The notes beneath the pieces were generated by a model, which had not been told where the DNA came from, searched no databases, and worked only from the letters and a program-made list of their open reading frames with translations. Shown here one piece after another: positions 1 to 13,700 of a stretch of DNA of 64,000 nucleotides. The stretch lies in NCBI RefSeq assembly GCF_902652985.1, contig NC_047017.1, forward strand, positions 1,612,001-1,676,000, written 5' to 3'. Every line of letters starts with the position of its first letter. The first letter of the stretch is position 1. Source of the stretch: Pecten maximus (lineage: Eukaryota). A program made the translations under genes and the position numbers.

Positions 1-1164
1 CCCTGCTTAACTCAAAGTACTTCGTCAGTCACGGCCGAATTATCTCTTTATCTTAGTAAAAAAACTTGGAAAACTCGAATTCGGAAAACTCGAAAAACTT
101 GGATAATACGAAGTGAAAATTTGGTCCCAACAATAAAATGATCCAATAACTCGAAGTATCATGCTTTTGTGTCCAACAACGATCGGTTGTAAACGCCGAC
201 ATTTTTTCAACATCTAAATTCCGTTTGTATCGGCACTACAATTCTACCGATTATTATAAGCGATTATAAGTGTTTAATAAATTCTGGTGGAATTGTTGGT
301 GGAATCTTATAACAATAACTGTCGGTGATCAACGGTACTGTTTAACTTACATCAGGTAATTTCCTAAGGCGGTTGCTGATAATAGTATACACGATAGTCA
401 ACAGCTCATCTACCCGCTCGCTCAAGCGGAACTAATCTCTGACACACTGGTAGATCTACTCGGCTGCTGTTTTTACAGGTGTAGAAATGAACAGTAACCG
501 GTGCCTATTAAATCTGTAAACTGCTGAAACAATAGCGTAATTACTGCAGAGGTGTTCAGAGTACTACGATCAGTGCTGTCTATTAAATCGGATAAAGCGC
601 CAACTCAGTAACAGTAACATTTTATACGCAGATGCGCAGTACCAACTTCCTGTGCTAATACACATGGAAATGGCATGGTTATCGGTAAAACGTAAGTTGG
701 ACTATCAAACAGTTTTTTATATGTCCAATATAAGGTAATGGTTCTGTTACGTTTTACATACATATGTTTAATCTGTGTTGAATTTAAACGGTTATTTGAT
801 ATAACATTAATAAATTGTTAGTCGATTGAATTCCATTTTATCGTTATTCCTTTTGCAAAATGACATGAACATCAGATCGTTATTGAAGTGACTAAGCGAA
901 AGAAACTATATCGAGACTCTATATCGGCAAAACTACACCAAACTACGAGTGATAGAACAAAATATTACATATACATTTACATGTATTGACAAGTCTTGAC
1001 ACTGAACTGATGAGCGACAGAGCGGAGTCATAATGATTCTATAATGTTGACAAATATTGACCAAACTTTGCACCAAAAATGACAACTTGCTTAATTCGAA
1101 CACTCGGATAACTCAAAGTTTTCTCCTGGTCCCGTCGAGTTTGAGTTAACAAAGTTCTACTGTA
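1..1164. mobile_element. Non-autonomous Tc1/mariner-pogo-like DNA transposon; right terminus in window, left end probably outside it
   Basis: Ends ...gagttaacaaagttctactg|TA (the CAGT..ACTG terminus plus TA typical of pogo/Tigger MITEs). Subterminal ctcgaa/ataactc motifs recur at 1-160 and 1085-1150; the interior is CpG-rich. Confidence 0.55.
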
Positions 1165-1642
1165 TATTCAAAGATACCCATAATGATATATATCATTATC
1201 CAACGATAAGGACCTTAGGCCCAAAGTGGACAAGACCCAAAACATATTACTTTTCTCCAATTGAGGCTTTACCACCTTTGGATGAAATGCCTAGAGAAAA
1301 GAGAAAAGATTTTGAAGAACTATATTCTATGGCACAACTAGCGATTTGAACAGCCCACCATTCGATGACAGTGGTCTCAAAAGGGTAAATTGCTGCTCCA
1401 GCTTAAGTTCTCAGAATTTTAGGGAATGGGGTCATGTGTTGGCCCATTGACAGTATAATATGACCAAGTGAGGTGTCCTGCTGGGTGTATTCATCTTCAA
1501 TGGCTAGTAATAATTTAAATGAAAGGACCATGGTTTGAAGGAAGCCTCAACATGGTATAAGCCCACTGGTCCTTTGAATTAAGTGAACTAATAATAGGGC
1601 GAGTTTACATCCTCACGAACACACATGGAAGTCCTGTCCTAC

Positions 1643-1785
1643 CTGAGTAAGATAGTCCTGTAAGGCCAGGAGACCTTTCTCCAGATCTCCCCCCTCCAGC
1701 TCCGGAGGCCGATTAGGGTACTCCAGTTGACTTCGGTACTCGTTGGGTAGGAGATTAGGGTAGAGCCCTATCACATGAGATGGAT
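1643..1785 (-). CDS. VPS39: VPS39 coding exon 13
   Basis: tgaag|(D)PSHVIGLYPNLLPNEYRSQLEYPNRPPELEGGDLEKGLLALQDYLTQ|gtagga; lies within ORF 1613..1801. Confidence 0.93.
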
Positions 1786-4700
1786 CTTCAAAACAAAACA
1801 TTAATTAGTTAATCAGAACCTAGAATGATGTCAGTGTGATATTTAAACCACTCACTATAGATAGTCAGGTGAGATAAAAATCCTTTGTCAAACTAGAATT
1901 CCAAAGAAGTGGATGTGTCACCTGTGCTCACTTAATTGAAAGGGTGTCATTTTGAAAATTGTTTTGTGACAGATGAAAAGCATCACACATTGTTGCTGGT
2001 TGTTGGTTGATGGAACTCAATGTCAACATTATATCTGAGGTCATCTGTGGATGGTATCTGATTACATGATACAACAGTGTATTGAAACAAGGGCCCAATG
2101 GGCCCAAATCGCTCACCTGCAATGCAGTGATCTTTTCATATATGGATCCTGCAGTTATTTGAAAGCATGCTACAGGACCAATATAATGTCTCTCTGCACT
2201 TTGGCTTTTCACTAAAAGACATTTAAAGATTTAAGCATACTTGATCGACGTGACCTTGAATGAAGGTCAAGGTCATTCATTTGAACAAACTTGGTAGCCC
2301 TTCACCCCAGCATGCTACAGACCCAATATCAACTCCCTGGGACTCTTGGTTATTGAGAAGAAGTTGTTTAAAGATTTTAGCCTTTTTGACCCCTGTGACC
2401 TTGAATGAAGGTCAAGGTCATTTATTTGAACAAACTTGGTAGCCCTTTACCCCAGCATGCTACAGACCCAATATCAACTCTCTGGGACTCTTGGTTATTG
2501 AGAAGAAGTCGTTTAAAGATTTTAGCCTTTTTGACTCCTGTGACCTTGAATGAAAGTCAAGGTCATTCATTTGAACAAACTTGGTAGCCCTTCACCCAGC
2601 ATGCTACAGGCCAAATATTAGGTCTCTGGGACTCTTGGTTATTGAGAAGAAGTCGTTTAAAGATTTTAGCCTTTTTGACTCCTGTGACCTTGAATGAAAG
2701 TCAAGGTCATTCATTTGAACAAACTTGGTAGCTCTTTACCCCAGCATGCTACAGGCCAAATATTAGGTCTCTGGGACTGTTGGTTATCGAGAAGAAGTCG
2801 TTTAAAGATTTTAGCCTTTTTGGCCCCTGTGACCTTGAATGAAGGTCAAGGCCATTCATTTGAACAAACTAGGTAGCCCTTCATCCCAGCATGCTACAGA
2901 CCCAATATCAACTCCCTGGGACTGTTGGTTATTGAGAAGAAGTCGTTTGAAGATTTTAGCCTTTTTGACCCCTGTGACCTTGAATGAAGGTCAAGGTCAT
3001 TCATTTGAACAAAATTGGTAGCCCTTTACCGCAGCATGCTACAGACCCAATATCAACTCCCTGAGACTCTTGGTTATTGAGAAGAAGTCGTTTAAAGATT
3101 TTAGCCTTTTTGACTCCTGTGACCTTGAATGAAAGTCAAGGTCATTCATTTGAACAAACTTGGGAGCCCTTCACCCCAGCATGCTACAGACCCAATATCA
3201 AGTCCCTGGGACTCTTGGTTAATGAGAAGAAGTCGTTTAAAGATTTTAGCCTTTTTGACTCCTGTGACCTTGAATGAAGGTCAAGGTCATTCATTTGAAC
3301 AAACTTGGTAGCCCTTCACCCCAGCATGCTACAGACCCAATATCAAGTCCCTGGGTCTTTTGGCTATTTAGAAGAAGTCGTCTAATTTTTTTTTAGCCTT
3401 TTTGACTCCTGTGACCTTGAATGAAAGTCAAGGTCATTCATTTGAACAAACTTGGTAGCCCTTTACCCCAGCATGCTACAGACCCAATATCAACTCCCTG
3501 GGACTGTTGGTTGTTGAGAAGAAGTCGTTTGAAGATTTTAGCCTTTTTGACTCCTGTGACCTTGAATGAAGGTCAAGGTCATTCATTTGAACAAACTTGG
3601 TAGCCCTTCACCCCAGCATGCTACAGGCCCAATATTAGGTCTCTAGGCCTTTTGGTTATTGAGAAGAAGTTGCTTGAATGGAAAGTTGACGCCGGACGGA
3701 CGGCCGGACGGCCGGACGGACGGACGGACGACGGACGGACGACGGACGCCGCGCCACGGCATAAGCTCACTTGCCCTTCGGGCAGGTGAGCTAAAAATCA
3801 GGAAAATGGTTTATTATGCGAATTTGCATTTTGACAAAGGGTTTAAACTCAAACTGTAATTTATTATGACAAAGTCACATACTAAGTTACCAGTACAAAA
3901 TGTATGTAAGTAATTATGATGATGACGATGACGACAACGATGACGATGACGACGATGATGATGATGATGATGATGATAACACAGCATGTAAGTGTGAGAG
4001 TATGTGTGTGTATGTTGTTGCCTTTGTCATATAAGCCTGTTATATTGTTTAATATGTGAAAAATCATCAAAAAATAAAAGAATTATGGAAAAAAAAAAGT
4101 TATCAAATTGATGTGGTAAACGGTAAGGAAGATAAGTCTGGAGGACTGAAGTGTGACTGACAACATTTATGTGTGATGATGGACACAGTGATCCCTAACT
4201 GTCCGCCATGCTTTACGTGATGATGGACACAGTGATCCCTAACTGTCCGCCATGCTTTACGTGATGATGGACACAGTGATCCCTAACTGTCCGCCATGCT
4301 TTACGTGATGATGGACACAGTGATCCCTAACTGTCCGCCATGCTTTACGTGATGATGGACACAGTGATCCCTAACTGTCCGCCATGCTTTACGTGATGAT
4401 GGACACAGTGATCCCTAACTGTCCGCCATGCTTTACGTGATGATGGACACAGTGATCCCTAACTATCCGCCATGCTTTACGTGATGATGGACAGTGATCC
4501 CTAACTGTCCGCCATGCTTTACGTGATGATGGACACAGTGATCCCTAACTGTCCGCCATGCTTTACGTGATGATGGACACAGTGATCCCTAACTATCCGC
4601 CATGCTTTACGTGATGATGGACAGTGATCCCTAACTGTCCGCCATGCTTTACGTGATGATGGACAGTGATCCCTAACTGTCCGCCATGCTTTACGTGATG

Positions 4701-7700
4701 ATGGACACAGTGATCCCTAACTGTCCGCCATGCTTTACGTGATGATGGACACAGTGATCCCTAACTGTCCGCCATGCTTTACGTGATGATGGACACAGCG
4801 ATCCCTAACTATCCGCCATGCTTTACGTGATGATGGACACAGCGATCCCTAACTATCCGCCATGCTTTACGTGATGATGGACACAGCGATCCCTAACTAT
4901 CCGCCATGCTTTACGTGATGATGGACACAGCGATCCCTAACTATCCGCCATGCTTTACGTGATGATGGACACAGCGATCCCTAACTATCCGCCATGCTTT
5001 ACGTGATGATGGACACAGCGATCCCTAACTATCCGCCATGCTTTACGTGATGATGGACACAGCGATCCCTAACTATCCGCCATGCTTTACGTGATGATGG
5101 ACACAGCGATCCCTAACTATCCGCCATGCTTTACGTGATGATGGACACAGCGATCCCTAACTATCCGCCATCTTTACGTGATGATGGACACAGCGATCCC
5201 TAACTGTCCGCCATGCTTTACGTGATGATGGACACAGTGATCCCTAACTGTCCGCCATGCTTTACGTGATGATGGACACAGTGATCCCTAACTGTCCGCC
5301 ATGCTTTACGTGATGATGGACACAGTGATCCCTAACTATCCGCCATGCTTTACGTGATGATGGACACAGTGATCCCTAACTATCCGCCATGCTTTACGTG
5401 ATGATGGACACAGCGATCCCTAACTATCCGCCATGCTTTACGTGATGATGGACACAGCGATCCCTAACTATCCGCCATGCTTTACGTGATGATGGACACA
5501 GCGATCCCTAACTATCCGCCATGCTTTACGTGATGATGGACACAGCGATCCCTAACTATCCGCCATGCTTTACGTGATGATGGACACAGCGATCCCTAAC
5601 TATCCGCCATGCTTTACGTGATGATGGACACAGCGATCCCTAACTATCCGCCATGCTTTACGTGATGATGGACACAGTGATCCCTAACTATCCGCCATGC
5701 TTTACGTGATGATGGACACAGTGATCCCTAACTATCCGCCATGCTTTACGTGATGATGGACACAGTGATCCCTAACTATCCGCCATGCTTTACGTGATGA
5801 TGGACACAGCGATCCCCAACTATCCGCCATGCTTTACGTGATGATGGACACAGCGATCCCTAACTATCCGCCATGCTTTACGTGATGATGGACACAGCGA
5901 TCCCTAACTATCCGCCATGCTTTACGTGATGATGGACACAGCGATCCCTAACTATCCGCCATGCTTTACGTGATGATGGACACAGCGATCCCTAACTATC
6001 CGCCATGCTTTACGTGATGATGGACACAGTGATCCCTAACTATCCGCCATGCTTTACGTGATGATGGACACAGTGATCCCTAACTATCCGCCATGCTTTA
6101 CGTGATGATGGACACAGCGATCCCTAACTATCCGCCATGCTTTACGTGATGATGGACACAGCGATCCCTAACTATCCGCCATGCTTTACAGGTAACAAAA
6201 TAAAACCATTTAGTCAAGTATTACAGTAAGTCAACCATTTAGTCTAGTATTACAGTAAGTCAATCATTTAGTCTAGTATTACAGTAAGTCAATCATTTAG
6301 TCTATTATTACAGTAAGTCAACCATTTAGTCAAGTATTACAGTAAGTTTACTCTTTCTTAACCTTATTTTATACATTAGCTGCACTTTCTAATATTTCCA
6401 TCAACTTGAAAGTCTTAAAACATCTATAAGTGATAGCACAAGAGTACCATCAGCGAGTCACTTTTTTCACCTGAAAAACATTATTTACAACATGAAAAGT
6501 ATGGATTTTCACACCACTTAACTATGTTTAATTATTTAAGGATTAACATCAATTATTTTTTCTGTTATGACTGTATAACAGAAAAAATAATTTATGTTAA
6601 TTCTTATAATTTAATTTCGTCTTATACACACCAAGATATTTCACTTTCTTTGGCGAACTCTTTTCTGTGATAAATTATTACGCAACGTCATCAGCCAATC
6701 AAAAATGACGTTACATTTCGCATGTCAAAAATTTTGTTATGGAGGTATAACAAAATTATTTCAGCCAATGAAAATGCGTGTTATATACAAAATTAAATTA
6801 TTGGAAGAGTCTCCGAAGATTTTGCACAAGCACAGTGAATGGAAGTGGGTCCAATATCTAGATCCTGGACAGTACCAATAAGCCACTCTATTCTCAACAG
6901 GAGCGGCTTAAAATGTTTATAACAGAGGCTGAAATTGTAATAGTTCAACTCATTACAGAAAACAGATTAATCATAGCTGGATTTACAATGAAAGACTACT
7001 GTAATAACACCCATTTTATATTAAGTGTCAAATTTTCCAATTTACATCTTTGACAAATATTCATATTTTATCAACAAGAAGCCCATGGGACCTGCATCGC
7101 TTACCTGGGTTATTTCAGTAATCATTGAAAAGAACTCTTAAGTTATATTAGAAATACCATTCCCTTTTTGGGATCTTCCACACAAAATTGTGTAATTCTG
7201 TAAACTGTTTCCTTCAACTGAATTTTGCATTCCGGTTCAAAAGAAAATTCCAACCAAACTAGAACACTGACAGGTCAGCGAGGGCCCATAATATCATGAC
7301 AAAATGCTCCACAGTGAAAAGTTACAGAACCACTGTTTGTTAAAAGAATTGGTTCTCTTCACCAAAAGATTCTTTTGACCAAGTTTGGTCAAAATCCATT
7401 CAGTGGTTCATGACTTCCGACCAAAGATATTTAATCTAAAACTGGGCCTCATATTTTGCTCCAAAGGGAATTGAGAAAGATGTAGGCTGGTTGCTAAGGA
7501 CCTGTAACCGTGGATAAGACTTGTTAACTGCTTTGAATCAGATTTACTGCTGTGACAGAGCAATATATAAAACTTCAAATTATTATCATTACTATAAAAG
7601 ATCTTTAACACTTACCTGTTCCTAATTTAACAAATATATTCATGGATTCTTCAAACTTGCATTCACAAAATAAATTAAATGCATGAAGAGTTTTTATTCT

Positions 7701-10700
7701 GTTAATTCGGTTCTGTTTTTCATCCTCTGGCTCCTCTGTCATATCCTGAAACATTACCAACAGTATGCAAATCAGATACTAGAACGTAGTAAGCTTAAGA
7801 AACCAAGATGTCTAAATATAGACAAAATAATCAACAAAAGGTTACCTTCTGTAAACAAGTGTAAAACTAGAAATGTGTTCTTCTGTAAAATCCATTTTCG
7901 ATTTACATACATTTTCTAGTACATTTTTTAGTCATATATAAAATAGTTACATAAAATAAAGAAATTTGATACTTACAGCGAGATGTAGAGCTAGTTCAAA
8001 CTGGTTTGCTTCCAGCAGCTGTCGTATTTGGTAAGCTATAGGCATGGCGTTCAGTTTCCACACATAGTTAGAGGAGGCCACATATATACAACCGCTGCAA
8101 ACAAATCAAAAAAACATTCTCAGTGTTGAACCTCTATTTATACTCCCTAAGGCTTTGAGATATGACTTCCAACACCTATCAGCTTGTCATATCAATTACT
8201 TCCAATTTTCACAAAGCGTCATTTCACTAATCAAAATAATACAAGATTTTACCAGGTCTCCTAGCAACCATATTAATTCTCATACAAAATTCAATAAGGA
8301 TAATATGAAATATTGACAAGCATGCAATTTAAATTTCAACTAGGGAATCCTAAAACAAACTAAGTGATCTTATATTGCTTTGATTTGACGGATAGATGTT
8401 GTTTTGCTTTATCATCAACTCTTTAAATATTACCTTCCCTGGCAGATGTAGCGAGCTTTCTGTAGGTCAATGTTCTGTATGAGAAGACGTGGGGATATCG
8501 TTCGGACTTCCACATGTTTAGGTAATAAGGCTATGAGATATGGAGGGTGATTTTCTGGAGGAAAAAAAAGAAATGTGTTAACCTAGTTAATATCTCATAA
8601 GGAAATAGTGATTACAAACTTCAACTGTCAAAATCCAAGATGGCCACCTGTCAGCCATTTTGTTTTCTCAATGAGTCTCAAAATTAAATTGGCACAACTA
8701 TGGACCGAGGGGAACCTACAAATCAAGTTTCCAAAATAGGCATACAGTATTTCTCAAGAATGGTGATAACAATCTTTAAACTGTCAAAACACAAGATGGC
8801 CATATGTCGGCCATTTTGTTTTCTCTATCATTCTCTAAATTGAATGAGCACAATTAGCAACAGAAGGGAACCTACACATCAAGTTTGAGAAAAATCCTTT
8901 CAGTACTTCTCAAGGAATAGTGAAAACAATCTTCAACTGTCAATATTTAAGATCATCTGCCAGCCATTTTGTTTTTTTCTGATCTGGCTCAAAATTGAAA
9001 GGGAACAACTAACCACTTATGGAAACCTACTCATCAAACTTGATAAATAATGTTCCAGTGTTCCTTAAGAAATAGTGATAACGTGGATTCTATTACTCAT
9101 TCGATTCCTTCATTACTTTTTGTTTCTTCCTAACAAATTAACACTTTAAATGGTTCAAAACTAATTATTAAACATAATTTTGAAATTTGTGTATAATGAT
9201 GTTCATATTAATCTCTAAAAATGACAAAATATTTGTTATACAATATTAGAAGAAACGAATAAGTAATGAAGGAATCAAATAAGTAATGATGGAACTGAAT
9301 AAGAAATAAGTTATGGCTAATGAATGGAATGGTCGAATGGGTAACGGGAATGTTTAATGATAAGTTTTGAACCATTTGAAGTGCTAATTAGTAAATGGGG
9401 AAACGAATATGTAATGATAGAATAAGGAATAAGTAATCAACTTCACAAAGGTGTTTGTGTGTTTGTTTTTGATTAACGTCCTATTAACAGCCAGGGTCAT
9501 TTAAGGACGTGCCAGGTTTTAGAGGCGGAGGAAAGCTGGAGTACCCGGAGAAAAACCACTGGCCTACAGTCAGTACCTGGCAACTGCCCCTTGTAGGTTT
9601 CGAACTCGCAACCCACAGGTGGAGGGCTAGTGATAAAGTATCGGGACACCTTAACCACTTGGCCACCACGGCCCCTTCACGAAGGTAAAAGGAATGGTGT
9701 GAGATTTATAAGTTAGTAAAACTATATATAGCTAGATCAGATTGACCTAGTTTTAACATACTTTATACCACTTCATCACACCTCACCTATCTGTATTGGG
9801 ATATCAGTCCAGTTTATTGGGTATTTCTGCGTAGGACTACCCTCATCGTCAATGAGAATGGACATTTCGTCCCTCCCAAGAAGAAGAGTATCATTCTCCA
9901 GTCGTGTTACGATCGGTTCCTGTTGTTTGGTTCCTACAGGAAACAGCTCTTTAGTGTTCCCTGTATTAATCTGAAGAGAAATTATAAGTTACAGATCTGA
10001 ACAATATTTATCATTTCACATAGCTAGGACTTTGCTAAAATTGTTTGTTTGTTTTTTTGTTTGTTTTTGTTTAACGTCCTATTAACAGCCAGGGTCATTT
10101 AAGGACATGCAAGGTTTAGAAGGTGGAGGAATGCCGGAGTACCCGGAGAAAAATCACCGGCCTACAGTCAGTACCTGGCAACTGCCCCACGTAGGTTTCA
10201 AACTCGCAACCCAGAGGTGGAGGGCTAGTGATAAAGTGTCGGGACACCTTAACCACTCGGCCACCGCAGCCCCAAAAAATGCTAAAATTGGTATGCCCAG
10301 AGAAATTAATGAGATCAACAGCAACAAGATCCTAATTGGCATTCACAACTGAATTATTTTTATTTGTCCTATGAAAGTCTGATATTTTCACCTACTTTTC
10401 ATTTATCTTTCTTTTCCTTTTAGTCAGTTGATAACAAGGTAGACCTAGGTATGAAATCTAAGAAAGATGTTATATGATATTTTGTCCATTATATGATTTT
10501 ATACCAGGTCTGGTATATAAGTTGGACTAATTATTTTTTAGCAAGATATTTCAAATCCTATAAGTGAAATGCAGATGTTTCCATAGTTCCCGCTGGAAAA
10601 GTAAAATCATGATCTCCTTTTCCAGACACAAAATAATTGACGTCTACCTTAACGATGAAATAGTCCCGCTTGAAGCCAACACATATTGTATCCTTACACC

Positions 10701-13700
10701 ACACCATATCTCTGGGAACGTCGTACATGTTGAATTCAGGCTGTAAAAAATATATATAGTTCCTATTAATTTCAATTAACCTGGACCCTCAGGAAGTTGT
10801 ATTTGATTACCTCCCTTAGATGTTAATACAGCCGTTGAACATCTTTATCAAGTGTCATCAGAAATCAACCCAAATCAATTAACCATTTGGACTGGAATGT
10901 GATAACCCGGGTCCCACCAATCAAATCATTTGGACTTGAATGTGATAACCCATGTCCCACCAATCAAACCATTTGGACTGGAATGTGATAACCCGGGTCC
11001 CACCAATCAAACTATTTGGACTGGAATGTGATAACCCATGTCCCACCCCAATCAAACCATTTGGACTGGAATGTGATAACCCATGTCCCACCCCAATCAA
11101 ACCATTTGGACTGGAATGTGATAACCCATGTCCCACACCAATCAAACAATTTGGACAGGAATGTGATAACCCATGTCCCACCCCAATCAAACCATTTGGA
11201 CTGGAATGTGATAACCCATGTCCCACCCCAATCAAACCATTTGGACAGGAATGTGATAACCCATGTCCCACCCCAATCAAACCATTTGGACTTGAATGTG
11301 ATAACCCATGTCCCACCCCAATCAAACCATTTGGACAGGAATGTGATAACCCATGTCCCACCTCAATCAAACCATTTGGACTGGAATGTGATAACCCATG
11401 TCCCACCCCAATCAAACCATTTGGACAGGAATGTGATAACCCATGTCCCACCCCAATCAAACCATTTGGACTGGAATGTGATGACCCATGTCCCATGTCC
11501 CAACCCAATCAAACCATTTGGACTTGAATGTGATGACCCATGTCCCATCAATCAACCCATTTAAAAAAAGGTCCCACCAATCAAACCATTTGGACTCTAA
11601 CGTGATAAGAGAAAGTGGCCTTAGTATGTTTCAATCATATGCACCTATTTGGGTTTTAATTAACAACAAGTATTAATTGCAACCAGACCTGTTACATAAG
11701 TCCCAAACAATATGGGCAATGCCTAAAGCAGCAAATGAAGCCTAAAGAAACCAGAATATCGTTCCTTAGTGATAATACCTTTAAACACCTCACATCGAAA
11801 TAGAACATCAAAATTTCCACCAATCTGAAGCTAGCAAATGGTGACCATTTTAATTTTAAAATCCAGAAATGGAAGTTAGAACTCCTATGTTGTACCAATT
11901 TTGGCAAAAATTACATATCGTCGAAAATTAGACCAATCACAGGACTCCATTTCACTACCATGGCAACTGGGCTATCGAAACTGTTATTTGCCCACGTGTC
12001 AAATTTCATCAAAACCAGGCAATTCAGTACTTTGGTATCCTGAACTAATAGTATACTGATACTTGACCAATGTATCAAGTTAATTCAAATTAAATGAAGT
12101 CGCTAGAGTGCTGAAAAAGATTTTCTATAAATATCAACTATGACCATGACCTTGACCTTAGCAGCTTGAAACATGGTCTTGTTTGAGGTATACTCATACT
12201 GAGTGCCGAGTGAAGGTGAGCTTACAAATATACTTATGTATATACTCACAGAACACTATATCCCCTCCCTAATTTGTTTTCTCCAATTTTGGTATTATTA
12301 ATTAAATCTAAATAAATTAGACTCTGGTAGATATTAAGACAAACCTGGAGGTCCATGAAATCTCGGTTCTTCCAGTAGTAAGTCTGCAACAGAAAGATAC
12401 ATATTAGTAATACACATATTTTCACCGGTTAAGTAGAAGAAATTACAATTAACCATCAGAACAGTGCTTTCTGTTTCCTGAAATGAAATAAGCACAATCT
12501 TTACAACTACACGTTACTTTACAACTACCTGTTACTTTACGACAACCCATTACTTTACAATAACCTGTTATTTTACAACTACCAGTGATGTTATGACTTC
12601 CCGTTATGTTATGACTTCCCGTGATGTTATGACTTCCCGTTACTTTACGACTTCCCGTTACTTAACGATTACCTGTTACTTTACAATTACCCGTTACTTT
12701 CCAATAACCGTTACTTTACAATTACCTGTTACTTTACGACTACCCGTTACTTTACAAAAACCTGTTATTTTACAACTACCCGTGATGTTATGACTTCCCG
12801 TTATGTTACGAATTCCGTTACTTTACGACTTCCCGTTATTTTACCACTTCCCGTTACTTTACGACAACCCATTACTTTACAATAACCTGTTATTTTACAA
12901 CTACCTGTGATGTTATGACTTCCCGTTATGTTACGAATTCCGTTACTTTACGACTTCCCGTTATTTTACCACTTCCCGTTACTTTACGACAACCCATTAC
13001 TTTACAATAACCTGTTATTTTACAACTACCTGTGATGTTATGACTTCCCGTGATGTTATGACTTCCCGTTACTTAACGATTACCTGTTACTTTACAATTA
13101 CCCGTTACTTATCAAGTACCCGTTACTTTCCAATAACCGTTACTTTACATCTACCTGTTACTTTACATCTACCCGTTACTTTACAACTACCCGTTACTTT
13201 ACATCTACCCGTTACTTTACATCTACCCGTTACTTTACAACTACCCGTTACTTTACATCTACCCGTTACTTTACATCTACCCGTTCCTTTACAAGCACCC
13301 GTTACTTTCCAATAACCGTTACTTTACAATTACCTGTTACTTTACAATTACCCGTGCCTTTACAAGTACCCTTTACTTAACAACTTCCCATTACTTCACG
13401 ACTTCCCGTTACTTTACAACTTCCCTTTACTTTATGAATACTCGTTACTTTACAACTTCTCATTACTTTACGACTTCCCGTTACTTTACAACGACCCGTT
13501 TCTTAACTATTATCTGTTACTTTAATACGACCTGTTACTTTTTTACTTACCGTTACTTTACAACTACCCTTTACTTTACAATTACCCATTACTTTACGAC
13601 TACATGTTATTTGTGACATTTTTAATAAAGTAATGTTTTTTTCCTTCTATGTATCTAAAATGTTATAGAAAAGTTAATGGTTTTCAAATGAATATCTTAC

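Noticed and set aside
1360-1560. Possible Meta-type SINE remnant
   Set aside because: Only vague similarity from memory; no clear A/B boxes or TSD.
2260-3603. Series of 60-aa MKVKVIHLNKLG ORFs (also 26649-27411) that look like a tandem peptide gene family
   Set aside because: They are translations of the 145-bp satellite, overlap each other in shifting frames and lie antisense within introns.
3882-4070. Poly-Ile/Val hydrophobic ORF
   Set aside because: Translation of the (GAT/GAC)n microsatellite.
4173-6189. CRISPR-like appearance of the regular arrays
   Set aside because: Head-to-tail units with no unique spacers, no cas genes, and a eukaryotic context.
10921-11564. 182-195-aa repetitive ORFs on both strands, including a Cys/Pro-rich ECDNPCPTPIKPFG repeat
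   Set aside because: A 42-bp unit that lacks stops in several frames gives long ORFs by chance; it is intronic and VPS39 is complete without it.
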